A DNA stretch of 64,000 bases from Tubulanus polymorphus (GCF_964204645.1 NC_134031.1:17657807-17721806), one strand, 5' to 3'; counted from the stretch's first letter, positions 46,101 to 55,524 are shown. Notes: generated by a model not told the origin, from the letters alone. Translations and numbers: made by a program.

Positions 46101-49100
46101 CGCGACGATGAAACCTCTGGCCGCAGATCGTGCACGCGTGTCGACGCCGCGGGTCTTCGTGCTCGGCGAGCAGCGCCGGCCGGCCGCGCTTTTTACCGAA
46201 CGGCTGGAAATTGTCGAACACGTCGAGAATATCTTGACCTAGAAATAGTCAAAGTTGAATACATCTTATCCACCGATAACTCGAAATACAATATTCTTAA
46301 TTAGAAAACATTCCTCAAGTGGATAGTTTAGTGTCTTACTATGACTCGGCACTTAAAACATTCGCTACACGTATATATCTATTCCGTCAACAAAATTAAC
46401 TCCGCGTCATTTGTCAAATTAGTTAAATCGTGAATTTTCGGAGTCGTATGTTATAAAAGTAACGTTTAGAAAATCAGTTTCACCTTCTGGTAAAACGGAT
46501 AAAATCTTTATAACTATTAACTCAAAATACGGGCTTTCAGGTCGACATTCTCTAGACTCCATAAATTATGCAGATGCCATTTCCTAAAGTTTACCTAAAC
46601 GCGTAAATTACAGCAACGACCAGAATATGAGAGACATTTTCTAATCTTTTTATTTATAGAATCTCAGATGACAAAAAATGAAACAAAATACAACGAAACG
46701 ACCGACACCTAAAAAACCAACGGACGCCGCGATCTTCACGAGTTACGCCGATGGGCAGCGGCGCGGACGCTTCATCCGTCGAAAAACTCTCCGCATACAA
46801 AATAAAACCAAAGACGAAAAATCTGCCAAACGGTCCCTCAATGTTTATCGATGAACGGTGCGCCGATGTCGATAAAGCGTGCCCGGCTGACTGAACCGTT
46901 TCGCGCATATATCGCACTGGTAGTTCTTCAAGCCGATGTGGATCAACAGGTGGCGCTTCAGGTCGCTGCTCTGGCGGAATTTCTTACAGCAAATGCTGCA
47001 CTGGTGTTGCTTCGAGTCGAAGTGCGTCGCCATGTGCCGCGTCGCGTTCGTTTTCCGTACCGTCTTGTGGCAAATCGAGCAGACGATGTACGTCACCTGC
47101 GTGTAGAATCGCAGCAGTTTGCCTCCTGCAACGATCAGAAGAAAAATTTCGATGATTACAAGATACATCCGATCATCCGATTCTCTTGACCACCGAAAAA
47201 AATCATCATCATCATCGTCATCATCATCATCATTCTTATCACCATCACACACGGCAAACACCAACACCAACTCCTCGGATACAAAAATCAACCCTAGATA
47301 CGTAAAACAACCACAACCGGGAGGGATCGAGGGAAAGTAGAAAATCCCGAAGAAAGTCGTTTACTAAAACCGTGACCCGATCCGTACGTGCAGGTTGAAA
47401 CCCTAGTTATACGCGAAAACGCGACTGACTTCTTATCACCCGAGAATGACGTTCTTACGGATACTTAACGATCGCCATGGCAACAACAACTAAGTCGAAG
47501 CTAGTGTATAATACGCCGCGAGTTTTTTCCGTTCGTTAATCCTTTCGCCGCTCTAATAATAATCTGATGCTGTATTCCAGATTCTCACGCGGCTTTCACT
47601 AATATCCGTACGGTATCGCGAACTGTCACCGCTAAAAATTCACTTATTCGGTTTGTTTTTTTTTTTTTAATCTACGAATGAGACGCGCGTGGGATACGAT
47701 TGTTTACTATTCGACGCACGCACTGAAAATTCAAATTCATTTCCAGCAGGAACAAAAACAAGAAAATCAAAACTACTGCATAATAATAAATATGTGTTCC
47801 TCGTATCGGGGATAAAAATTGTACGAGGCGCGATTCTATAAACGATGTTGAGAATCGAACCAGGGAATTCAAATCCATAATTCGACCCACAGGCTCAAGA
47901 CGTTTTCTCCTCCAAATCGATGGTCGATTTCTAATGTAATATTCCAAATTTTTTCAACGGCGTTTCATCGAACCCGATAACACTAAAACGACCCGCGTCC
48001 GCGGCCTGCGTCCGGTTTGTTGCAATTTTTATCCGCCGATACGATCGAGGTTCAGATGATAATGACGAAAACGCATGATTTTTCACCATGACAAATCATC
48101 ACTATTAAATCAGCAGAGAACGATATATAACGATTTGTCGATCGAACGATCAGCTATCAAATACTCACCTTCCCGCGCGCACACGTAAAACAGAGAGATC
48201 GAAACATTTCCCATTAAACTGAGATTAAGACTTCCGAGATAGGATAGTGTGAGCGCCATCAAACATACAGCGTTCTTACTCGCGATAACTAATTGTAAAC
48301 TGGTGATTATTATAAAAATATTTGTCTAATGCTTAAGTTTTTCCTCCAGTTTATTCATCACACAGTAGGAGTAATCACGTATGTAAGTTAATATCTTGAT
48401 AGCTGATGGTTCGCTTAAAAAAGGGTCTACGACAGCAATATTTGCGCTTTATCGAAAATACCAGCTCGGTGAAATCGCATTAATGAAAATACCACGTCAA
48501 TTAAGTCTTAGTTCCCGAGATGCGAATCAATTTTGGATTTCGATTTTCTTTTAGATACCGAACAGATATTGCTTTCTGATAGACCGCTATACGGCTCTTG
48601 TACGCTTATCCAGAATCAGACAAAATGATATTTAATAGAATTACTTTCTTTCGATCATTCGAGCAAAATATGCAATATCAGAAGATTCGCGCTTGTTCCG
48701 ACCATAAGATTGATTCTCATGGAATGGATGCATTTTCAATTATCTGATAGGCGTACACCAGACCATATCGTACAGATTCCAGAACAACCTTAAGATCAGA
48801 TTTCAATCCCACTGAGTGTCATGTCATTTACAATTTCAGCTCCATGGAATTCCATCAATGGTCTCAGCTGTGTGAAACATTCTTACGGTAACAAACTTCT
48901 GCGCAATGTTTAAAGATTAGACTTTCCACTGCACTCATCGAACAAACTCATTTTAAGTGGATATGGCCCTAGTATTTTGAAACTCCAAACATGGTTCCCA
49001 CAGTAGTATGAATTCAAAATTCCCAAGTTTTTCCCAAGTATTTCATGGGTGATTTTTCAATTTTCCCAAATGGAAATGAACACATCGTCATTCAACAGTC

Positions 49101-51709
49101 TATATTTTACTGGTGACTGGTTGATAAAGGTGATTTTGAAGTGAAACTGCTGAAGAAAGTTGCCCTTGGCAAATGCAATGTATGAAATGTAATGAATTTC
49201 CCAAATATTTCCCTGATTTGAGGAAAATTTTTCAAATTCCCAATTATTTCCAAACCGGGAATTATTATTTCAAAATTCCCAAATTTTTCCCAATTTCCCT
49301 GTTCTGTGGGGACCATGTCCAAATCCAATGGATACGCATTTTAAAGACCCCCTCATAGATTCCATTGCGTAAAACTGTCACTATTTCATACTGGACAAAA
49401 ATAAGAAAATCTGCTTGTTCTGAAATCTGTATTTAATAATGAAAGTAAAGGATGAAAATTCGAAACCTACCGGCTTGATTAGGTGGTGGTTGAATACCGG
49501 ACGACGTGGAAGGCATAGGATTATTGGCGTGAGGTTGTCTCGGACGTCTGGCGCTGGTTTGTTTCGGTCGTTTCGGTGCGGTGTATTGTCTCGGCGTACG
49601 CTGCGTCATCGCTGGATTATACAGAGCGGCATTCTGCATCATCTGCTCCGAATATTGCTGCTGCTGTTGCTGCATCTGATGTTGTTGCTGCTGTTGCAGC
49701 AGCTGCCCCGTTTCGTCGTACATGTAATTGTTGTAATCGGCGCCCTCGTCTTCCTCGTCGTCGTCGCTGAGACTGATCACCTCCGGTTTCACGTGAACGC
49801 TGCCGACCGACGCCGCTAGCATCTGTTGATTATCGTACTGCGACAGGTAAAGTCCGGAATTCGGGTCGACGTCCGACATCGCGTAGCCGCCGCTGCTGTG
49901 ACTACCCGAATTCGACGGCACGCGACCCTGGAAGCTCAGCGATGACACGACGTTCTCCGCGTCAATGAGATTTTGATTTTGTTGAGACGTAATCGTTGCC
50001 GACGCTCGTCGACGTTTACGCTTCGAATGCAATTGTTGGTGAGGGAATGACTGACGAGGTGTTTTCGGCACCGCAGACGTTAATTGTTCGTCGTACGCGT
50101 TTGATAAATCACCACCAGGTGGCGCCTGGTTGTCGTGTTCGCCATCGCCGTGTTCGGCCACGGGCATTGTCAGATCGTTTTCATTATTTTCGCCGACGTT
50201 CGGTTCGTCCTGTTCGAACGCGTTATCGTCGTGTTCGGATAAATCGGCACCGGCAGCGAACTCCGACTCCTGCAGAGCTTTAGTATCGCTGTCGCTGAAC
50301 GCGGAGACGCTCGTCTCCATTTCCTGGTGGTAGAGTTCGTGTGTCGGGTCGCTGAGACGACGTTTTAACAGCGCCCGTTCGTGATTATTAATCTCCGGTT
50401 CGGATTTCACATTCCGTCGTAACGAACGCCCTGAATCAGAATGAAACATGAGTTAACACTTTCAAGAATATTTCTGGGATTAAAATATAAAAACCTATTA
50501 ATTAATACATTTCTATGAATCACACATTGATGATGAAATGGCAATGGCATTTCCAAATTTTCTGAGTTTTGGCAAAAATTTGTCATATTCCCTGAATTTT
50601 CCCCCACTTTTTATGTTGGGGCACAAAATTTGAAAAATGTCTCTCTTTACGAACGCACAAACTACAACTGATTCGTATCTCATGAAACACATATTGATAA
50701 AGCCTGGCCAATAGCATCATATGAATCCTCCAAGTTTGTCGATACTTTTTTTTGGACAAAATATGTCAAAGTATTCATTTTTCGACCTTTCCCCAATATA
50801 TTCTAGATTTGTCTGATCTGCGTTGTTTCCCTAATTTTGTTCATGCTTTACCACACAAAATTCCCTGAGGTTTTAATCTCGCAAATCCCCAAATATTTTT
50901 TTGACATTTTATTTTCTATTTCTATATAAGCAGGTTATACATTCAGAGTGAAGCGTCAAATTCATCGGCTCTTTTACTTTTTCAACATTAATGTTTTTCT
51001 ATCCATGACCTGTTTCAATAAAAAACTTTACGTGAAATGAAACGTTCTTACCGGGTGAATGTCTGGCACGTCGATCCTGCCATTCTAACCACGTCGGTTC
51101 ATCTACCTCGACGACTATATCGGCTATCACATCCAGGCGACTTTTCAAACATTCTTTCAAGTCAGCCTCATTCACTTGGAATGGTATGTCTGTAAGAAAT
51201 TAAATTTTAGAGATGCAAAAAATCTAAATCGTAGATTAAAACTAATCATCAGGGCCCGGTTTCACAAAAAAGTTTAAGCTTAAATCGGTTAAGTTTGAAT
51301 TGTTGTCCTCATTGAAAACATGAAGTAACCAATGGCAATTACACCAAATATTTGAGTTTAACTTTTTTTGTGAAACTGGGCCCATGTCTATTTGCAACAA
51401 AAACGAGCATTCATTGTTTTTTCATTATCAGGTAGATTTAATTTTAGTATTTTCACAAGTTGATTAAAATGATAGTGAAACTGAAGCGGAATACTCTGCT
51501 TCATAAAGAATAGAATTCGTAAACTGGCTTGTATTCTAGGGAGATCATCAACAACCAGGAAGTAAAATGTAACGAGCCAGTTTACAAGCCTCTGTTTGTG
51601 ATCTTTCACTTTAAAATCCAAAAAATGATGCTCGTTTTAAAACATTTTTTGACTAATAAAAGACAATTAACGAGTCAAATGGTTAAGAAAACTTACCAAG
51701 AAGCATCAT
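21846..51709 (-). CDS. Gene A: zinc-finger transcription factor locus with constant 5' exons and an array of >30 alternative 3'-terminal C2H2 exons (lola/mod(mdg4)-like layout, no BTB)
   Basis: The constant part is 1111 nt (370 codons + 1) and ends CAAGCCG|gtaggt; every intact downstream cassette starts with a phase-1 AG acceptor and ends in its own stop. Confidence 0.85.
22779..23080 (-). CDS. Alternative terminal ZnF exon 2, 2 fingers
   Basis: tttttag|GC GTT; [26 protein letters not shown]. Confidence 0.85.
23365..23618 (-). CDS. Alternative terminal ZnF exon 3, 2 fingers (absent from the ORF track)
   Basis: tttgcag|GC GGC; [51 protein letters not shown]; TAG. Confidence 0.85.
24084..24313 (-). 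CDS. Alternative terminal ZnF exon 4, 2 fingers
   Basis: tttgcag|AT AAG; [26 protein letters not shown]. Confidence 0.85.
24638..24861 (-). CDS. Alternative terminal ZnF exon 5, C2H2 + C2HC
   Basis: tttcag|AA GTG; [25 protein letters not shown]. Confidence 0.85.
25162..25412 (-). CDS. Alternative terminal ZnF exon 6, 2 fingers (absent from the ORF track)
   Basis: ctttcag|GC CAA; [50 protein letters not shown]; TGA. Confidence 0.85.
25546..25874. repeat. 110 bp tandem repeat x3
   Basis: Units begin atgtcacagacatcg at 25546, 25656 and 25766 and are nearly identical. Confidence 0.9.
25890..26161 (-). CDS. Alternative terminal ZnF exon 7, 2 fingers
   Basis: ttttcag|AC ATT; [25 protein letters not shown]. 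Confidence 0.85.
26995..27272 (-). CDS. Alternative terminal ZnF exon 8, 2 fingers
   Basis: ctttcag|AA TAC; [26 protein letters not shown]. Confidence 0.85.
27590..27815. mobile_element. Interspersed repeat; second copy at ~31875-32170
   Basis: Shared 'cgcgctaagatcc.atcc', 'cttaagaac', 'ttggatctt' and 'tcatgtgatgcatacatcgc.gttcat' blocks. Confidence 0.55.
27890..28116 (-). CDS. Alternative terminal ZnF exon 9, 2 fingers
   Basis: ttttcag|GC GGC; [26 protein letters not shown]. Confidence 0.85.
28268..28524 (-). CDS. Alternative terminal ZnF exon 10, 2 fingers
   Basis: ttttcag|GG GTC; [26 protein letters not shown]. Confidence 0.85.
28902..29113 (-). CDS. Alternative terminal ZnF exon 11, 2 fingers
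   Basis: ttttcag|AA GGG; CRYNC..HEQVH..CVLC..HMRLSH. Confidence 0.8.
29200..29541 (-). pseudogene. 5'-truncated copy of the cassette at 36657-36910 (finger 2 plus downstream flank), no acceptor
   Basis: Near-identical to 36453-36790; the insertion is flanked by an 18 bp direct repeat atttatatacatatttag (29164-29181, 29540-29557). Confidence 0.85.
29603..29823 (-). CDS. Degenerate alternative terminal exon: open frame, Cys pairs retained, His ligands mostly lost
   Basis: ttttcag|GC AGA; [31 protein letters not shown]. Confidence 0.55.
30324..30553 (-). CDS. Alternative terminal ZnF exon 12, 2 fingers
   Basis: ttttcag|GT AGC; [33 protein letters not shown]. Confidence 0.85.
30790..30916 (-). 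pseudogene. Decayed duplicate of ZnF exon 12
   Basis: cttccag acceptor, early TAG, finger 1 deleted; remnant [24 protein letters not shown]. Confidence 0.75.
31379..31740 (-). CDS. Alternative terminal ZnF exon 13, 2 fingers
   Basis: ttttcag|CG ACG; [33 protein letters not shown]. Confidence 0.85.
32286..32562. repeat. 30 bp minisatellite x9 (catatacatagacc(a/g)gtcgcagctgcact type)
   Basis: Direct tandem units with few substitutions and no spacers. Confidence 0.95.
32584..32873 (-). CDS. Alternative terminal ZnF exon 14, 2 fingers
   Basis: ttttcag|GA CGC; [33 protein letters not shown]. Confidence 0.85.
33045..33328 (-). CDS. Alternative terminal ZnF exon 15, 2 fingers
   Basis: ttttcag|AC TGC; [36 protein letters not shown]. 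Confidence 0.85.
33671..33883. mobile_element. MITE with ~27 bp TIR (ATACCTTGTTTCTCATT); related copies at ~3631-3925, ~17873-17952 and ~54990-55075
   Basis: Inverted termini and shared internal 'gacc...agttatagaaat.aac.gattacaaa'. Confidence 0.7.
34175..34407 (-). CDS. Alternative terminal ZnF exon 16, 2 fingers (absent from the ORF track)
   Basis: ttttcag|GA CGA; [64 protein letters not shown]. Confidence 0.85.
35076..35338 (-). CDS. Alternative terminal ZnF exon 17, 2 fingers
   Basis: ttttcag|GA CAA; [31 protein letters not shown]. Confidence 0.85.
35571..35798 (-). pseudogene. Decayed cassette of the GFLPI subfamily
   Basis: tttctag|AC TAC acceptor like exons 18 and 19; in-frame stops; remnants YRCKIC and KGFLPS*. 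Confidence 0.65.
36657..36910 (-). CDS. Alternative terminal ZnF exon 18, 2 fingers
   Basis: ttttcag|AC TAC; [31 protein letters not shown]. Confidence 0.85.
37422..37669 (-). CDS. Alternative terminal ZnF exon 19, 2 fingers
   Basis: tttttag|AC TAC; [31 protein letters not shown]. Confidence 0.85.
38937..39205 (-). CDS. Alternative terminal ZnF exon 20, 2 fingers
   Basis: ttttcag|GC TCG; [26 protein letters not shown]. Confidence 0.85.
39686..39945 (-). CDS. Alternative terminal ZnF exon 21, C2H2 + C2HC
   Basis: ttgtag|GA CAC; [37 protein letters not shown]. Confidence 0.85.
40285..40544 (-). CDS. Alternative terminal ZnF exon 22, 2 fingers
   Basis: gttgcag|GA ACG; [25 protein letters not shown]. 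Confidence 0.85.
40954..41201 (-). CDS. Alternative terminal ZnF exon 23, 2 fingers
   Basis: gttacag|AA ATT; [25 protein letters not shown]. Confidence 0.85.
41393..41649 (-). CDS. Alternative terminal ZnF exon 24, 2 fingers
   Basis: gttacag|GA ATT; [25 protein letters not shown]. Confidence 0.85.
42136..42407 (-). CDS. Alternative terminal ZnF exon 25, 2 fingers
   Basis: ttgtag|GA TAC; [25 protein letters not shown]. Confidence 0.85.
42625..42887 (-). CDS. Alternative terminal ZnF exon 26, 2 fingers
   Basis: gttacag|GA AAT; [25 protein letters not shown]. Confidence 0.85.
43371..43728. mobile_element. PIF/Harbinger (Tourist-like) MITE
   Basis: Perfect 43 bp TIR agcctagcgcacatcgacactgcgattggagacaactagttgc, with TTA on both flanks (43368-43370, 43729-43731). 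Confidence 0.85.
43869..44143 (-). CDS. Alternative terminal ZnF exon 27, 2 fingers
   Basis: gttacag|GA AAT; [25 protein letters not shown]. Confidence 0.85.
44326..44579 (-). CDS. Alternative terminal ZnF exon 28, 2 fingers
   Basis: gttacag|GA ATT; [25 protein letters not shown]. Confidence 0.85.
44760..44925 (-). pseudogene. Decayed cassette of the [10 protein letters not shown] subfamily
   Basis: attgcag acceptor; remnants [26 protein letters not shown] and RRHF, with frameshifts and deletions. Confidence 0.75.
45519..45751 (-). CDS. Alternative terminal ZnF exon 29, 2 fingers
   Basis: cttgcag|GG TAC; [26 protein letters not shown]. Confidence 0.85.
45958..46238 (-). CDS. Alternative terminal ZnF exon 30, 2 fingers
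   Basis: tttctag|GT CAA; [26 protein letters not shown]. Confidence 0.85.
46845..47125 (-). CDS. Alternative terminal ZnF exon 31 (most proximal), 3 fingers
   Basis: gttgcag|GA GGC; CSIC..HMATH, CSICC..HLLIH, CDIC..HRRTVH. Confidence 0.85.
48990..49317. mobile_element. hAT-like MITE
   Basis: catggttcccacag ... ctgtggggaccatg inverted termini; internal 'aaattccc' repeats. Confidence 0.6.
49471..50430 (-). CDS. Gene A constant exon 3: disordered acidic/Q-rich region with basic NLS-like cluster and SUMO-site/SIM-like motif
   Basis: attcag|GG CGT ... CAA GCC G|gtaggt; 960 nt open frame; [24 protein letters not shown], poly-Q. Confidence 0.9.
51052..51189 (-). CDS. Gene A constant exon 2: conserved N-terminal domain of unknown family
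   Basis: cttacag|AC ATA CCA ... TCA CCC G|gtaaga; [45 protein letters not shown]; conserved in genes B and C. Confidence 0.9.
51252..51383. mobile_element. Harbinger-like MITE
   Basis: gggcccggtttcacaaaaaagtt ... aactttttttgtgaaactgggccc inverted termini. Confidence 0.75.
51697..51709 (-). CDS. Gene A start-codon exon (coding part MMLL-; exon ~51737-51697)
   Basis: accATGATGCTTCTTG|gtaagt, phase 1; equivalent MLL exons exist in genes B and C. Confidence 0.75.
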
Positions 51710-51779
51710 GGTAGTGTTTAATACTCATTTAATCAATCTACAACGAAAAACAATTTACATAAATTCGTGAGAAATAAAT

Positions 51780-52450
51780 GACGCCACCTCTCTCTCTACT
51801 ACGAGATGCGTGTAACAAAATGGCGTCGATGATGGCGGTGGGTACGCGGAGGGACGCCAGGATTTTTCGCTCGGATCAACATCAAATTACAGCCACGTTT
51901 AGCGATCAATTTAGAGAATTCGTCGTCCGTCGAACTCTGTACACATTTTTCTAGTTCACGGTGATATTATTTTCGAATAAAGTAAATTTTAAAAGACATT
52001 ACCAGCAGTTTTAATTATGTTAGAGGACGTCACCGCGCCGCGTCAGATTCTTTGTCCTAATCAATTAGTTCGCTCGATTCCCGATGGGGGCAGCACCACT
52101 TTTTCGGGTTCATTCACGATTTCCGCGATTACGAGTGATAACTAAGGGTTTTCGGAGTTCTATCCGTTAGAACTAATGATGATACCGATGATGATGACTT
52201 GTATTGCGATGACGAGTCGAGGGTCCAAGTCTAAAGGGGTTGGAACCCAGAAAGTAATAAATCTTAATTGAATTGCTGGACAAGTTCGGCAATTTCCGTA
52301 TTATATACGGAAATAACCGAATAAAATAAAAGCAAAACAAGCGATAAATCCACAAGAACGATGATAATTTACATGTTTTCTGGAGTGTTTAATTGATTGT
52401 AACCTGGTGGGATCCTTTTCAAGGTTCTGTTTAACCGGTACGATCTCGCA
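51780..52450. promoter_or_regulatory. Putative bidirectional promoter region between head-to-head genes A and B
   Basis: CpG-rich; AAAATGGCG (YY1-like) at ~51817; GGGGCAGCACC motif at 52086; lies between the two start-codon exons. Confidence 0.45.
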
Positions 52451-52822
52451 TTTGCCATGTTTGCCCTCAAAAAGCATAATTTTCTGTCGAAAATGACATC
52501 ATTAGGCCCTAATTTTCTATCAATTCAACCAAATTTAAATCAATCAAGACTCAAGTATTATTCGTTTGTCATTATATTTATATTTATTGAGTGTTGGCAA
52601 TGTAAATCATAATTGCAATATGGGCATGGAACTGTGGCTAATTTGTCATGGTCGAGTTCATTTTAACTCCTCTCTGACTCTAGAGCCCTATCCTCTTTCT
52701 GAATATTAATTCTTTTCTTCAGCCCGTCGTGTCAGAGAGAGAGAATTGAATATATTTATCAATGTTTTGTTTTGTTAAAATATTGCATATTTAATCCTAT
52801 AATGTATAAATGATGTTATGGT

Positions 52823-53017
52823 GGGTAAAATTGCAGATCCGCACCTCTCCGCGTAAACGGTTCAATCAATTACATTAAATATCAATGTTTCAGATTCAAA
52901 ATTCAGTACATTGCCATTAGTTAATTTTAGATATCTTCACTAGAAAGATTTTAGCCTGGATTCTATCATTCAGCAGATTGCGTCAATCACGAGAGGTGCG
53001 GATCTGCACTTTTACCC
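52823..53017. mobile_element. MITE with 27 bp TIR
   Basis: gggtaaaattgcagatccgcacctctc / gagaggtgcggatctgcacttttaccc; tatggt on both flanks (TSD-like). Confidence 0.8.
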
Positions 53018-53131
53018 CTATGGTGCAATTTGAGTTATCCACAATGTCGTAAAATAAATAACGAAATCAAACTGACGCACTTTTCTCTTTTTTCAGATTT
53101 TAGATGATTGATAATCTCACTATAGCTTACG

Positions 53132-55524
53132 ATGCTTTTAGGTAAAAAGACTATTTGTACAATTGAATAAGAGAATATACCTGGGCCTTACGATTAGTTT
53201 TAACGTACAATTAAGATTTTTTACATCTCTAAAATTTAATTCCTTACAGACATACCATTCCAAGTGAATGAGGCTGACTTGAAAGAATGTTTGAAAAGTC
53301 GTCTGGATGTGATAGCCGATATAGTCGTCGAGGTAGATGAACCGACGTGGTTAGAATGGCAGGATCGACGCGCCAGACATTCACCAGGTAAGAATATTGG
53401 GCAATTAGTGATGCTCTGTCAGAGATTGAGTATTTTATCTGAAGCCAGTTCCTGAGTTCTCAGAAAGAAAATGTTAACGATTTATTTTCAATGTTTTGAA
53501 TATATCCAACTGCCTCCGCTAGGTACGGCCCTCAATCTTGATTTGGTTATGGCTACTATTTTTTAGAGTAGCTATTTTCTACTCTTTTTAGAATTAAGAC
53601 CTCAATTACTCCCAAAAATATCGAAATACTCATAAAATTAGAAATAGGCCCTATGTCTAGTTCATTTCCAATTAAAAGTACTAGGCTATTTCTTGTGTGA
53701 AATAACTCCTTTAGAAGCTACTACAATTAAAGATATCTGTAGGTAGGACTATTTTGTACCTGAAAAAGATGACCGATTAGTCAAGTCTAAACTGTGGAAC
53801 TGAGTCTTGCGTCCTTTACTGATATGAGTATAACTGCAAAGAATGGGCCGATGAAGTCGATAGTTAAAATTGCGATGTTTACTTTGAAAGCGTATTTAAT
53901 TCCAGGTTTCATGACTGGAATTGTAAAATCTGAAGAGGGATTAGATTTCAACACGTGCAAAGTATTAGAGCAACACCAGCAGCAGCAGCAGCAGCAATCG
54001 CAAACTGATGAGTTGTGTATCAACACATTTAATGAATCAACAGTTGAATCAGGGATTCTCATTACTGGACAAACATCGGAATCGAATATCTCTAATCAGG
54101 CGCTCGGTCATCAATCTGTTTTAGTTTCCGATTTACAAAACGATCCCGCCACCGATACTGTCAAATCGACAACAACACCGACCCCACCTAGTGACAAATC
54201 TATCAAACATCCGCAGTTGTTTACGAGTCGTCGACTTCGTACGAAACGAAAACGTCGACGCGCGACGACGTCTGCTTCGGTTACTGGCGACAATAACCGT
54301 AATGTTCCTCATTGTAGCGAAAACAATTATCATTTGATGTCGACCGACGGCGCGCATTCTTCTACTCAGATAATCGATCAAAACTATCCACTCTATCATC
54401 AGACAGTGGCGCCACCATCGCGAACTGTGTTCGATCAGCAGCAGGCGTTTCTCATCGGCGGTGGCGTTCAGATCGGTTCCGATTCCGCATTCCCGACCGC
54501 TCAAATGATCGACATGAAACACGAAGTAATCGATCTCAGCGGCGACGATGATGACGACGACGATGATAAAAGTGGAGCTGCTGCCGCTGATGAAGACGAC
54601 GCGAATAAGACGTTCGGTAGTTTCGTTTACGGCGATACCGGCGAACGACAAATGATTCATTTCACCGAACAGCAGCCAGTGTTCAATAACGTCGCGGCGT
54701 TTAACTACGAATGTCGACAACCGATCAAACCACCGAAACCGAAACAGCGTAGATCGATGCCCGCGTTGAAAGCAATGCCATCTTATTCAAATCATCAACA
54801 ACATCAACAACCACAACCTACTCATCAATCAGGTATTTGAATTTTCATTGGGTTTTTAGAAATCTGTGTTACGAAGTTTCAGTAGATCAGAAATCATTCG
54901 ATACAGCGACCAGCCATTCCATCCCAGAGGCATCCCGCGTGTTAATTAATTCATGGATGGTTCGGATGATTGAAGCTGGGCCTGAAGTTTTAAAAAAATC
55001 ATACCTTGTTTCTTTTTAAATTGGCCCAACTGCATTTACATTTATAATCGGTTCATTTCTATGACTATTGGGTTTGTTTGAAATTTTCTTTCAATCGATC
55101 AAACTTCTTTTGATTGAGAAATATGTCTTACATGTGAAAAGTGCAGATATTTTCTGGACTTTAGGGGATTCTGCCCAGGATTAATCTTCTGTTCAGTGAG
55201 AAATCCTTTTTCTTACAACGACGGATGTGTCTTATATTTTCAGCTTCAAATTCAACGACGACGCCGCGGCAGACGCTCACGCTGAAAGTCGGTAAAAAAG
55301 CCGCGCGAAAGTACGAGTGTCGGTTCTGTTCGAAGATGCACACGAGCAATCAGAATCGTATCGTACACGAGCGAATTCACCTCGGCGTTAAACCGTTTCA
55401 GTGTAAGATCTGTTTCCGTCGTTTCAACCAATCGAGCAGCTACAGGCGCCACCTACGTCTCAAACACGGCGTCGAACCGAAAACGGTGAACTCGAAAGAG
55501 ATTTATCAACTCATCATGGCTTAG
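53132..55524 (+). CDS. Gene B: paralogue of gene A with a single two-finger terminal exon; exons 53132-53141, 53250-53387, 53906-54832, 55244-55524 (~451 aa)
   Basis: All introns are phase 1 GT-AG and the total is 1356 nt in frame; exon 2 protein is identical to gene A; CRFC..HERIHLGVKPFQCKIC..HLRLKH; AATAAA at 55645. Confidence 0.88.

Noticed and set aside
22887-47189. Many + strand ORFs overlapping cassettes (e.g. 45633-46304, 46851-47189)
   Set aside because: Antisense shadows of ZnF codon patterns with no motifs or splice support.
21846-47291. Treating each ZnF ORF as an independent single-exon gene using ORF-track starts
   Set aside because: Many starts are TTG/GTG or lie in polypyrimidine tracts upstream of the acceptor; three cassettes are missing from the track altogether; all share a phase-1 acceptor.
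47126-49470. Dscam-like docking/selector pairing between the post-donor intron and cassette acceptors
   Set aside because: By eye I found only a 7 nt complement (aacaagc vs gcttgtt), and the shared acceptor sequence in 40544-44925 is explained by duplication. A systematic IntaRNA or covariation scan is needed.
49471-51709. Naming gene A lola, mod(mdg4), br or fru
   Set aside because: No BTB/POZ domain is visible in the constant exons; the similarity is architectural only.
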